From a bacterium (GTDB lineage Bacteria; UBA10199; 2-02-FULL-50-16; JAJFLM01), in contig CBDCFN010000016.1 of assembly GCA_965216315.1 (NCBI GenBank), positions 2,144,001 to 2,208,000 of the forward strand: 64,000 nucleotides of DNA, in the 5' to 3' direction. Positions within the stretch are counted from its first letter, which is position 1. Each line of letters opens with the position of its first letter. Of the stretch, positions 45,908 through 55,359 are shown in pieces. The position numbers and the translations under genes are program-made. The notes beneath the pieces are model-generated. The model saw only the letters and a program-made list of their open reading frames with translations. It was not told the origin of the DNA and ran no database searches.

Positions 45908-48900
45908 TTAACGTCCCCGACGTCGTTCGTCGCGGCGGCGCTCGGTTGGTAAGTGCGTATCCATCCAGGTATGGTGCGGACGTGCACTCTCCAAGGAGGC
46001 ACGAATAAAATCTCTCGGGATCGGATCTTCAAACGAGCGACCGTCACGCAGTAACGGTTGCGAACGCCACCTACCGATAATATCGGCACGCAGGCGCGGC
46101 AGGCTCTCGGTGATCGAGAGTCGCGCTTCGGCCGGCAAGGAGTCGTAGTTAGGAATCTCCGCCCGGATCAACTGGTCCAGACGCCGTTCCCGCGCGGCGA
46201 GGCGATCTTCGACCGACAATTCCGGGGTCGGCGCCGGCTCGGGCGTCGGTGTTACTACGGGGGTGTGACTGGACGCTGCCACCACATGCGCGCCGCCGTT
46301 TCCACCGAGGGCCTGGACATGGGCCGAGATGACTTCGGCACTGCGCGTACTCGTCAAGCGATCCCCTCCGCTCGTCAACACGGCATCAATATAGGCATCG
46401 GCAAAGCGTTTGCGCAGGGTCTCACGATCCGTTGCCGAGGGATTCGCATCCCACAGCTGGGCGAAACTCGCATCGGTCCGATGTTCGGAGATAAAGTTTT
46501 CCACGGCCTCGTGCGCCCGGAACTCAAGTGTCAAATCGCGCGGCGTGACAATGCCACCACCGCCATTTTCAATCGAACGATCGGCCGCTCGGGTCAGTAT
46601 CGTCGTGATTTCACGCTGCTGATCGGCGAGCGTTCCCAATTCACGTCCGCGTCCATGATAGATGGAGGCAAGATGCTCGATAGCACCGGGTTCAAAGGTT
46701 ACACTGTTGCCGTTAGTGCGCGTTCTCAATAAGTCTTGGGCCGCGGTCTGGACGATCTCTTGGACCACGCCGCGGTCGCCTTCGAGTCTTCCGGCTGAGC
46801 CATTGGCGCCGTTCGAAACAACCGGAGTCGCGCCGTTGCCGGAACCATTGGCCCCATTGCCACCACCCGGTTGCGCACTCGGCGCCACGGGTGCATCGGC
46901 GCGCGGACCGGATCCCGGATCACGATAGCCCCCACGGTGTTCCCCTTGGGGATTCAAGGGATCAATTCTTCCGCCTGCTGGTTCGCGATAGGCCTCGTAA
47001 AAGGCATCTAAAATGCGGTCTTGGATGCGGCGATTATTCTCGATCCCGCCTTCCAGCAATTGAGTGAGTTCCCGCTGCACAGACTCGACACTATGACCGG
47101 TGCGCTCCGAAACCACACGAACGACGTCTTCCGCGGTTATTTGAATATCACTCCGGTCGTGTCCCTGCGTCATATTCGTAACGACGGCATCCATTAAGTT
47201 AATATGCGCACTCGGCGGGGCTCCACGTTCGGAAGCCCCTAAAGCGGTCAAGGCATCCTTGGCCCCATCAGTGATGTCGACGCGTTCATAGCGAAGCCGG
47301 TTAATGCGTCCTTCGGCACCGCCCAAGCGATCTCGAATCGCGTGATCAAAGACGCCGCGAACTTCTTGCGGCGTCATCGGGACGACCTCGACCAATTCGG
47401 TACGGCGGAGCAAGTCGGGCGCCTTGCGTTCGATTTCATCGAAGCGCGTTGAATCGAAAATAAAGTGGAGGTTTTCGTAGCGCGGATCCTTGCCTTCCAG
47501 GATTTCATACATCTGGGCGATCAAGTTAAGGGGCTGATTGCCGGGGCCCATTCCGGCCTCGAGAAAACGATCCGCCTCGGTCAGATGGACGATAACGGGG
47601 TGTTCACCCGCCAAGCCATCGAGGGTCCGAAAGAAAATCGTCTGGGCCCCGTTCATCCACGAACCCGCTTGTTGAACGACGCGACTCGCACTGATCTGCA
47701 CGTACCGAACATTACGTCCCTCGAAGGCCTGAACGCCGGAGTTCCCTTGAACCGCGGCAATGGCGGCTGTGGTCACCCCGTGACCTTTACCGGAACCGGA
47801 AGGTCCACCGAGGATGACGTGAGGCATCGAACCGCGGTTAAAACCGCGCAAAATCTCCCGGCCGGTCGGTGACAGGGGTGTACTTCGCGTCCTAAAGTCG
47901 GCGGTCCGGTCTCGAATAATCGGGCTCGAGTCCTGAAAAATATTGCGCCAGTGTTGCCAGACCGCGCGGCCATCACGGTGTCTCAAGCGTCCCCAGGTCG
48001 CCTTCAGAGCCGTGCGCGTGTTGGACAAGAAACTATCGAGTCCGCGTGTCCACCCTTGCTGTTTAGCCATCGCATAGGTCTGAAACAACATCGTCGCACT
48101 CAGGCCGACCATGAAATACAGGCTATACTTCGCGAGCCCGGCCGCTTCGAGTTGGGCATCCAGGCCGGTACGTTGCATGCCGAGCTGATCCGTGCGGGCG
48201 TCATCCACCGCCAACTGCGGTTGGATAAAAGTGCGGAGGCTATTGGCGATTTGCAACGTTTCCGCGTTGGTAAAATAAGGGTTGTAGGTCCCTTCGCGGG
48301 TAATATCACTCGCCACAATCTGGTGATCGGCACGAATCGAGTTCGGCGCGATTCCCGTCAGTGTAGAAATAAGATTCCGAATGCGGTTGGCATTCCCCCC
48401 CTGACTGAAACTGGATAACAGGCGCACGACGCCGGAGCGTTGCGGGGACATACAATATTCACCGGTCTCGATGCCGCCAAGTTCGAGGAGCGTCAAGATC
48501 TGGTCGTCCCTTAAGCTCATCCCGAGCGGTTGTGACCCACCTATCCCTTGAGCGCTGCAAACAGCGCCACTCCGTCCGTCACTAAAAACGATCCACGCGG
48601 GCTGACCCGTCTCACCATCGCGTGAGCGGCCAATGACTGCTTGAACACCTCCGGTAGGACCTGTTGCCCCATGTCTCAAGAGGGCTTGCTGCAAGTCCGT
48701 TGAACTCAACGGATTCTCGGTGCCACCAAGGGCACGCGCCAAATGGGTCTCCGCTAATTGAGAAATCGTCGTCGCCACGGCGCGCGCCGTGGCTGTCTTG
48801 CGGTCACCTGACACGACGGAAGACACCGCCGTTTGAATGGCCGTGGCTCGGCTGTCCGCCGGCAAACGTAACGAATTGATTCCAATCGCCACGACGCGAT

Positions 48901-49303
48901 TAAACTCCTGCTCCGTCAGCGCATTACTTCCACTCGTCGCCGAGCTGTGAATTTGCGTATAACCGGGCAGGCCGGTCCAATTAGGAATTAAATTCGCCGG
49001 GCTATACTGGCCGTTTTCAATCGCATGCATCTGGGCGTACACACGTTCCAGTTCTGCTGACGTCGGATTGCGTTCCCCGGGGAGTAAGGTGTAGTTGGGA
49101 TCGGGTCGGAGATAGGCCTTGCCATCGGTCCCGATCACAACTCGTTGGGCGCCCACCAGCGAGCGGTCTCGGGTCGGGTCGCCGAGAGGAACATGCAACG
49201 GTACGCTACAGGTCGTACTGCGCGTCGCCGTCCCTTGACAGGCGGGAACCGGCTGTACGGAAATGCCGCTATTGTTGTATGAAACTATCGGTGGTGGCGT
49301 CAA
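45908..49303 (-). CDS. Array gene 19: TM + degenerate Clp-type AAA+ domain + family C module (1131 aa, TTG start)
   Basis: HVILGGPSGSGKG, VHLTEADRFLEAG, IERKAPDLLRRTELVEV, YERVDITDGA; C-terminal ~100 aa closely match gene 17. Confidence 0.85.
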   Translation of the reverse strand: MTPPPIVSYNNSGISVQPVPACQGTATRSTTCSVPLHVPLGDPTRDRSLVGAQRVVIGTDGKAYLRPDPNYTLLPGERNPTSAELERVYAQMHAIENGQYSPANLIPNWTGLPGYTQIHSSATSGSNALTEQEFNRVVAIGINSLRLPADSRATAIQTAVSSVVSGDRKTATARAVATTISQLAETHLARALGGTENPLSSTDLQQALLRHGATGPTGGVQAVIGRSRDGETGQPAWIVFSDGRSGAVCSAQGIGGSQPLGMSLRDDQILTLLELGGIETGEYCMSPQRSGVVRLLSSFSQGGNANRIRNLISTLTGIAPNSIRADHQIVASDITREGTYNPYFTNAETLQIANSLRTFIQPQLAVDDARTDQLGMQRTGLDAQLEAAGLAKYSLYFMVGLSATMLFQTYAMAKQQGWTRGLDSFLSNTRTALKATWGRLRHRDGRAVWQHWRNIFQDSSPIIRDRTADFRTRSTPLSPTGREILRGFNRGSMPHVILGGPSGSGKGHGVTTAAIAAVQGNSGVQAFEGRNVRYVQISASRVVQQAGSWMNGAQTIFFRTLDGLAGEHPVIVHLTEADRFLEAGMGPGNQPLNLIAQMYEILEGKDPRYENLHFIFDSTRFDEIERKAPDLLRRTELVEVVPMTPQEVRGVFDHAIRDRLGGAEGRINRLRYERVDITDGAKDALTALGASERGAPPSAHINLMDAVVTNMTQGHDRSDIQITAEDVVRVVSERTGHSVESVQRELTQLLEGGIENNRRIQDRILDAFYEAYREPAGGRIDPLNPQGEHRGGYRDPGSGPRADAPVAPSAQPGGGNGANGSGNGATPVVSNGANGSAGRLEGDRGVVQEIVQTAAQDLLRTRTNGNSVTFEPGAIEHLASIYHGRGRELGTLADQQREITTILTRAADRSIENGGGGIVTPRDLTLEFRAHEAVENFISEHRTDASFAQLWDANPSATDRETLRKRFADAYIDAVLTSGGDRLTSTRSAEVISAHVQALGGNGGAHVVAASSHTPVVTPTPEPAPTPELSVEDRLAARERRLDQLIRAEIPNYDSLPAEARLSITESLPRLRADIIGRWRSQPLLRDGRSFEDPIPRDFIRASLESARPHHTWMDTHLPTERRRDERRRGR

Positions 49304-49384
49304 TTCCCTCTCCTTTGGCTTAGAACCCCTTCTAATGCCGATTGAAAGACCTGGGTCTCCCGATTCTTTCTATTCTCTATTTAA

Positions 49385-49411
49385 TTATCGGAAAGAATTC
49401 GCCGATGTTGC
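49385..49411 (-). promoter_or_regulatory. Array promoter motif (sigma28-like)
   Basis: GCAACAT-cggcgaattctt-TCCGATAA. Confidence 0.75.
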
Positions 49412-49474
49412 TTCGAATCTTGACGAAGCTTCAAAAAAATTCCGCGACTTTGAAAAGAAGATAAAACTAAATAA

Positions 49475-49487
49475 TATCAATAAGTTA
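49475..49487 (+). promoter_or_regulatory. IHF-like binding site
   Basis: TATCAA-TAAG-TTA matches WATCAANNNNTTR with an A-rich 5' flank, about 65 nt upstream of the gene 19 promoter. Confidence 0.5.
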
Positions 49488-49562
49488 TAGAAATCCCTTC
49501 CGATGAGTTTTCATCGGCGCCGGCACCTGATCGAGTTGTCTACAAAACGGGAAAAGAGACGG

Positions 49563-52500
49563 CTAGGAAGGTAAACTCGAACGCATCAGGCCGACGAACG
49601 CAGGGTCAATATCACTGGCACCGCCCCGCAGCAACGGCTGCCGTTCCCATAAGTTGATAAGGTGTTCAACGGCCCGACGCCGTGCCGCTTCATCGCGCGC
49701 CGCCCAGTCATCAAGTTCATCGGCAAGAATGGCCTCGACCTTGGCTTCACGGGTCAGCGGTGGTTTTACAAATAGACTGACGAAGGCTTCCGTAATCTCC
49801 GGCGCCCCATCACGCAAGAGTTCATGGCGTTCCCACATCGCAATAATACGCTGGACCTCCACTTGTTGCTGGGGGGCATCCAGTGAATCCCAGTTAGGGG
49901 ACACGGTCGCAAGAATCGCGGCGACCTTGTCTTCACGGGTCGGTTCCGGTGCGGACTCCGGCTCTGGCGGCGCAATGACGGCGCGGACAAAGTCCTCCGT
50001 AATCTCCGTCACACTCACATCCTGTCGCTGCGCCCACTGATCGAGAACTTGCGCCACAAGACTTTGCTGCGCCTGAGCGTCCTGCTCGTCCCAATCCGGT
50101 GCCACCTCGGCAAGAAATTGGGCGACCTTTTCTTCAGAGCTCGGCTCCGGCGGCTTCACAAAGAGACGCACGAAAGCTTCGGTAATCTCCGTCGCTCCAT
50201 CGCGTAACATTTCGTGGCGCGCCCACATTTCAATAATGCCGTGAATCTCACGTTGCTGGGCGGCACTGTCGTATGAATCCCAGTCGGGAGAAACCACGGA
50301 AAGAATCTGCGCCACTCTTTCTTCGCGGCTGATGCGCGGCTCTTGACCCTTGATCATAAAATGCGCTTCGGGATGCTGCGTTAAATACAGCTCCGTCATG
50401 CTGCGCACAAAGTCGTCGTTGATCTCCGTCGCTCCCGCGCGCAAGAGCGGAATCTTTTCCCATTTATTCAGGATGTAGTCACTCAAGACCTGGTCCTTAT
50501 CCTCTTGAGGTTGATAGTTCTCCAACAACTCGTAAAGCGCGCGATCGACAGTAAAATGTTGAAAATGTTGCGCATGCTCGGTGACGAGAACCACTCGCGA
50601 TCCGGGACCACTCTGGGGCGCACTCAACGGGCTGTCGCCGTAGGCTTGATCCCAATCCTGAAGCGCCAGATCACTGGCCAACAGGGCCTGATAGGAGGGC
50701 ATTTCCGTGAGCGCCTTGACCACGCGCATCGCACTACCGATGCGGTGGCTCTCTTCGAGCGTCAATATTTCGCTGACCCCAATGTCGGATTGCTGATCGG
50801 GATGGACTCTTTCCTTGGCGGCCAATAGATCATTCATCGCCTCTAAGAGACGGGCGCGCATTTCGTTCCCTTCAGGGAGGAAATAGTACACGTTATGAAA
50901 CTGATCGTGCTTGTCTTGAAAAAGCCGGCGAATCACGCGTCCACGCGGTGGCGGTTGCGTCGCACCTGATGGCGGCAACGGCGGAGGCTCCGGTGGACGA
51001 ATTTCATTAACAAGTGGCAGCGGTTCGGCCTCGCCGTCGTCAACCGCGGCAACATCCGGCTCCGATGAAACGATATCGTCATCATCGACACCCAACAACT
51101 CGACGTCATCAACATTGGCATATTCGTCATCATCCGCGTCAAACGCGGCGATCCCCACTTGGACCGCCATATGGGCGTGAAAATCCGATCGCAAGCCCGC
51201 GGGATGAGCCACCGGATAGGTCCTGAGATCGACTTTGCGGGTACGGATCCTAAAATAAGCCCTTAAATACGCCTCGGGAAGTCCCTCTTGGGGCGACGCA
51301 TCAAGATCGACCCCCTCTTGCGCCCAGAACTGTGCCTTCACAACATGGTCGAGATAACCGTAGATCTGCACGGCCGCCGTCAGCTCACGCGGATGATGGA
51401 CCAACGTGCGGACGGCTTCGGAATCATGTTGACTGATAAATAAGAGCAAGGGGAGCAGTTCCAACACGCGGTCGCTCTGCTCCATCACGAATTGACCGGA
51501 ATCATCGTGATCGGCCAACGTTTCCCAGGTCGTAAAAAATAAACGTAAATAAGCCAGGGGCAATTCCGCGCCGCGTTTTCCCTCGATCGTCCAGAAGGCC
51601 GCACGCTGCTGTTGCGTCATGCGTTCCCACGCACGAATCGCCGCCTCACGAATGATGTTCTGCTTGGCCTCTTCCTTATCCTGATAGGCCACCATGGGCT
51701 CGGATTGATGCGCATCCGTCGGTAATAACGCCGTAATGTAGTGATGCACCCCTTGACTGCGAAGGGTCCGCAGCTGCTGCAAGCGCGACCGAATCGATTC
51801 TTCAAAGTTCTCACGATCGACCAAACGATCATCGTGGATGGACTTGGGATCCAACTCATAAGCAATCAAGAGATCGAGGTCTTGATACGCCGCCAAGGCA
51901 TCTTCGAGGAGTTTCTTTTGTTCCCCTAAATTATTGGCTTCGATCGTCGCGGTGAGGTCTTGGATAGCCCCCTGAAGCCGGGTCTCACGGATCCGGCGAA
52001 TTTGCGTCTCGCGTTCCGGCCCTGCCGAGCTGCCACTCCAGAAATAACCGAGCATGACATCGGAACCGAGCTCCGGATCGACGGGCCGCTTGCGCGGCAT
52101 GGCTGAATGCTGCTGCGGCATGCCCGTGGGATCCAACGGATAATCCGGCGCGGATTCAAAGGTATCGGGCGCCACCGTTTCCAGACCCAACAAGGCACTA
52201 CCCGTATAGCGCAAGAGCTTGTTCCCCATCACGGAAATGACATCCTGGGACTCAAGCTTGAGGTAGCGTTCACTCGAAACCTTGAGCGGCTTGCCATCAC
52301 GAATCACAGTCGTCCCAAAATCCGATTCATTATCAATGAGCCAGTAGCTGTCGTCGGGAAGAATCCGCACTTCGGCCTGAAGATCAGATACCAAATCATG
52401 AACGGCTTTTTTCTCGGGGTTGATCCGCCAATGGCCGTCCTTGACCTTGCGACCGATTCCAAACAGGTGTTGGACCGGTCTTTTTTCCAGGTCGTGAATC

Positions 52501-52937
52501 GGCAGGCGTACGGCGGTCGCTTGGGGGGCCGGCGTCGGCTCCTCCTGTTGGGCCTTACGGGCTAAAAACCAATTGCGAATCTGGCGGCCGAAGAGAATGG
52601 CCGTCCCGACAACCGCAACCGCAACACCAATACCGACGGACTTGGCTTCGGGAGAGCAACCCGTCATCATCATCGCACTGGCGACGAGAGGAATGAATTC
52701 CGCCCGCGAGGGAGTCCGCGCGCGTTCCGGTGTCCGGACGAGTAAATGCTGTGCCGGGCTGGCGACCGGCGCTGACAGTGCCGTATCAGGAGCCGGAGGC
52801 GCAGTGGTTAATTCGGTATTAAGGGGAAGTCCCTGAGTCGCGGGCGTCGACGTGGACGTCGAGGCGAGCACGCTCGAACCCATCCCTTGGGAGAGACTCA
52901 ATAAATTCATGCTCGTTCCGCCGGCTAGTAAATTCAT
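49563..52937 (-). CDS. Array gene 20: TM + degenerate FHA-like domain + five family C modules (1124 aa)
   Basis: TM VGIGVAVAVVGTAILFGR; FGIGR...VSDLQA...LIDNESDFGT...LESQDVI; repeats W..H.LLRDGA.EITEAFV. Confidence 0.85.
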   Translation of the reverse strand: MNLLAGGTSMNLLSLSQGMGSSVLASTSTSTPATQGLPLNTELTTAPPAPDTALSAPVASPAQHLLVRTPERARTPSRAEFIPLVASAMMMTGCSPEAKSVGIGVAVAVVGTAILFGRQIRNWFLARKAQQEEPTPAPQATAVRLPIHDLEKRPVQHLFGIGRKVKDGHWRINPEKKAVHDLVSDLQAEVRILPDDSYWLIDNESDFGTTVIRDGKPLKVSSERYLKLESQDVISVMGNKLLRYTGSALLGLETVAPDTFESAPDYPLDPTGMPQQHSAMPRKRPVDPELGSDVMLGYFWSGSSAGPERETQIRRIRETRLQGAIQDLTATIEANNLGEQKKLLEDALAAYQDLDLLIAYELDPKSIHDDRLVDRENFEESIRSRLQQLRTLRSQGVHHYITALLPTDAHQSEPMVAYQDKEEAKQNIIREAAIRAWERMTQQQRAAFWTIEGKRGAELPLAYLRLFFTTWETLADHDDSGQFVMEQSDRVLELLPLLLFISQHDSEAVRTLVHHPRELTAAVQIYGYLDHVVKAQFWAQEGVDLDASPQEGLPEAYLRAYFRIRTRKVDLRTYPVAHPAGLRSDFHAHMAVQVGIAAFDADDDEYANVDDVELLGVDDDDIVSSEPDVAAVDDGEAEPLPLVNEIRPPEPPPLPPSGATQPPPRGRVIRRLFQDKHDQFHNVYYFLPEGNEMRARLLEAMNDLLAAKERVHPDQQSDIGVSEILTLEESHRIGSAMRVVKALTEMPSYQALLASDLALQDWDQAYGDSPLSAPQSGPGSRVVLVTEHAQHFQHFTVDRALYELLENYQPQEDKDQVLSDYILNKWEKIPLLRAGATEINDDFVRSMTELYLTQHPEAHFMIKGQEPRISREERVAQILSVVSPDWDSYDSAAQQREIHGIIEMWARHEMLRDGATEITEAFVRLFVKPPEPSSEEKVAQFLAEVAPDWDEQDAQAQQSLVAQVLDQWAQRQDVSVTEITEDFVRAVIAPPEPESAPEPTREDKVAAILATVSPNWDSLDAPQQQVEVQRIIAMWERHELLRDGAPEITEAFVSLFVKPPLTREAKVEAILADELDDWAARDEAARRRAVEHLINLWERQPLLRGGASDIDPAFVGLMRSSLPS

Positions 52938-53022
52938 AGAACTGTAGGACTCCGCATCCGTCAGGAACTGTATTAATTAGATAATAAATACAGGTAGTTA
53001 CTAAAATTCATCTCGCAAGCCC

Positions 53023-53049
53023 GTATCGGCACAAGATTGCGAAAGTTGC
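53023..53049 (-). promoter_or_regulatory. Array promoter motif (sigma28-like)
   Basis: GCAACTT-tcgcaatcttgt-GCCGATAC. Confidence 0.8.
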
Positions 53050-53085
53050 TAAGCCGGAGGGGTCAAATGTTGACGAAAGTAAACG

Positions 53086-53127
53086 AAAAAGCCCCGTGAG
53101 CTGGCGGTTAAACCGATCTCACGGGGC
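53086..53127 (-). terminator. Probable intrinsic terminator after gene 21
   Basis: gccccgtgag/ctcacggggc stem with inner cggtt/aaccg pairing, followed by TTTTT on the minus strand. Confidence 0.65.
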
Positions 53128-53157
53128 GTTCCCTCTACTAAACTACTTGTTTCGGAC

Positions 53158-55242
53158 CTAGCGGCCTCTGCGGAGGCGATCGCGACGATCACGCGCCCGG
53201 TCGGTATCCAGATGTTCAAGTCCGGAGAGACCGTGGCCGCTGCTCGCGACGTGCGTGGCAATCTCAGTCCGCATCGCTTCGCTGATCCGGCGATGAATTT
53301 CCGCTTCACGACGGTCCGTGTTCCAATCAGCATGGTCGCGTTCCACTTGGCTGCGCGCCTGCGTCTCGAACGCACTAAAGAGGGGACGAAGCTCTTGAAT
53401 CGCGGAGAGGCGCGCCTCTGCCGGCAAAGCTCCATAACCGGGTAATTGGGAACGAAGATGCAGTTCGATCGCGGCATCGGTTCCACTGGAACCCTGGAGT
53501 GCCGCACGATCCCGCAAGAGACCGTCTAACTGCGCATCCGTCCAACCGGCTCCGCGCAGCGAAGTCAGTTCCGCCGCATCAAAACGATCGGCGTAGGCAT
53601 CAGCTGGAGGCGGTGTCGCGCCCGCGGGTGGATTATTCGCCGGTGGTGGTGTATTCCCTGCCGGCGGTGGCGTCGAACCACCGGAGCCGTTGCCGCCGCT
53701 GCTTCTACCGCGTATCGGTGCATCGGCATTGCCGCGTCCGACCGCATCGCGGACCTGCTCAATAAGATTATTCACTTGGTCTGTATTCGGAGCCGAGGGG
53801 CGGTCTGACGTATTCGCGCTACGAACCGCCGCTTCAAAACTACTCCGGTCCTCGCTACTGAATTGACTGAGATCACGTCGATCCGACTTGAGCAGGGCGG
53901 CTTCCGCACGTCCCGCTTCACTATCGGCATAAACTTGCCGTAAGACATGATCCGTCGCCGCATCAATCATCCCGACTGGGGGAACACCGTCAACTTGACC
54001 TGTTGTCGGACGACCGGCGGCATCCCAACGGCGCATCGCTTCTTGAGCAATGACGCTGTCGTAAATTCTCCGGCCCTCACCATCCTTTAAATTCGGATAG
54101 CGCATGCGGACAAAACTCTGGATGTGCGATTCACGCACCCGGTTTCTGGTGGCTTCCTGAGTCGCGGCGCGATTCTGGAGAAAGCGCCTACCAAGATAGA
54201 TACCCCCTAAACCGAGGACAACCGCTCCCGGGATGGCAATATTAGAATTGTCACTAAACCACGAGGAAATGCGCTGCCATACAGTCGGCTCCGGCGTTGG
54301 TGCCGGTGGCCGGGCATTGACCGTGATCTCCCGGGTCTGGATCGTCCCATCACCGTCACGGACGGAAACGGTATGCGTCCCGACACCCAGCGTCGGAACA
54401 TAGGTTCCGGTGCCGGTCAGGGCTTGAACACGGGTTTCACCGACGTACACGGCGGTTCCTTCCGGCCAAGCGGACAACCCGGCATCGCTCGGACGTATCG
54501 TCAAACCGGTCGGCGTCTCCCCTTCCGTCATCGTCAGGGCCGTAAGATTCCGCGTCGTACGCGGCGGCACGCCTTGGTTCTGATCCAAGAATACAGCGAT
54601 TCCTAAGAGCGCGTGCATATAACGGATCAGCTTTTCACCCTTGGCCTGTTGGGTCGCACGACCGCGGAAGGCGCGGGTCACAAACTCAATAAAGTCACGA
54701 CGGGAAATCACGTCGGCGTTGCCATCGGGATTGAAGCGATCGCCGACATCCGGATTCAGGCCGCGGAAAATATTGATGACGTTGAGGGCATCATAAAGCT
54801 CGTAGTTGGTCACCTGTTGTGGGGTCAGCGTATTCAAGTAGGCCGTAACCGCTTCTTCACCACCATCGGTCCGACGGCGGCCGACTTCGGCCCAGGTCGC
54901 CTGTGCTGCCGTCGCATTGTACCCAAGCTGACTGGTCAGACAGGTCAACAGCGCCTGGTCGTTCGCATAGAGTATTCCGACGTTAAAACCGCTGCGTTCT
55001 GAGGTGTTTCCTCGGCGGTCTGCCGTTGCCGAAAGATAACGGGTAAATGAATCGAAGCTCCCTGAAGGAACCGTGTAGCGTCCCGATAAATCCGGATCGA
55101 GATTGCTGATCTGGTTCGGCGGCATTTGGTTGGCACCACCGTGCTGGGGTGCGACACCAAGTCGCTGATAGATTGCCGCAAGGCCACGCGCCTCACTTAA
55201 AATTGCTGGATTAACTTGATTCGGTCTACATTCATTAACCAT
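53158..55242 (-). CDS. Array gene 21: family C protein with EF-hand-like and Ig-like segments and a TM (694 aa, about 4 Lys)
   Basis: FNPDGNADVISRRDFIEFV; GTHTVSVRDGDG; TM IAIPGAVVLGLGGIYLGRR; LPAEARLS; ends RRDRLRRGR. Confidence 0.85.
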   Translation of the reverse strand: MVNECRPNQVNPAILSEARGLAAIYQRLGVAPQHGGANQMPPNQISNLDPDLSGRYTVPSGSFDSFTRYLSATADRRGNTSERSGFNVGILYANDQALLTCLTSQLGYNATAAQATWAEVGRRRTDGGEEAVTAYLNTLTPQQVTNYELYDALNVINIFRGLNPDVGDRFNPDGNADVISRRDFIEFVTRAFRGRATQQAKGEKLIRYMHALLGIAVFLDQNQGVPPRTTRNLTALTMTEGETPTGLTIRPSDAGLSAWPEGTAVYVGETRVQALTGTGTYVPTLGVGTHTVSVRDGDGTIQTREITVNARPPAPTPEPTVWQRISSWFSDNSNIAIPGAVVLGLGGIYLGRRFLQNRAATQEATRNRVRESHIQSFVRMRYPNLKDGEGRRIYDSVIAQEAMRRWDAAGRPTTGQVDGVPPVGMIDAATDHVLRQVYADSEAGRAEAALLKSDRRDLSQFSSEDRSSFEAAVRSANTSDRPSAPNTDQVNNLIEQVRDAVGRGNADAPIRGRSSGGNGSGGSTPPPAGNTPPPANNPPAGATPPPADAYADRFDAAELTSLRGAGWTDAQLDGLLRDRAALQGSSGTDAAIELHLRSQLPGYGALPAEARLSAIQELRPLFSAFETQARSQVERDHADWNTDRREAEIHRRISEAMRTEIATHVASSGHGLSGLEHLDTDRARDRRDRLRRGR

Positions 55243-55317
55243 TTTACTAACCCCTTATGGCTGTAATTAAGATTCTTCTCTCTCCGTAAAATATACTGTC
55301 CACTTCCACCTTAGTTG

Positions 55318-55346
55318 TGCGGCGCCGGCTTTGAACCGGCGCCGCA
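55318..55346 (-). terminator. GC-rich hairpin between genes 22 and 21 (no U-tract; attenuator or mRNA stabiliser)
   Basis: tgcggcgccgg-ctttgaa-ccggcgccgca, 11-bp perfect stem. Confidence 0.5.
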
Positions 55347-55359
55347 TCACGATAAGGAA

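Noticed and set aside
52650..52700. Lipobox-like FIPLVASAMMMTGC in gene 20
   Set aside because: About 90 residues from the start with no suitable nearby start codon and RBS; not supportable as a lipoprotein signal.
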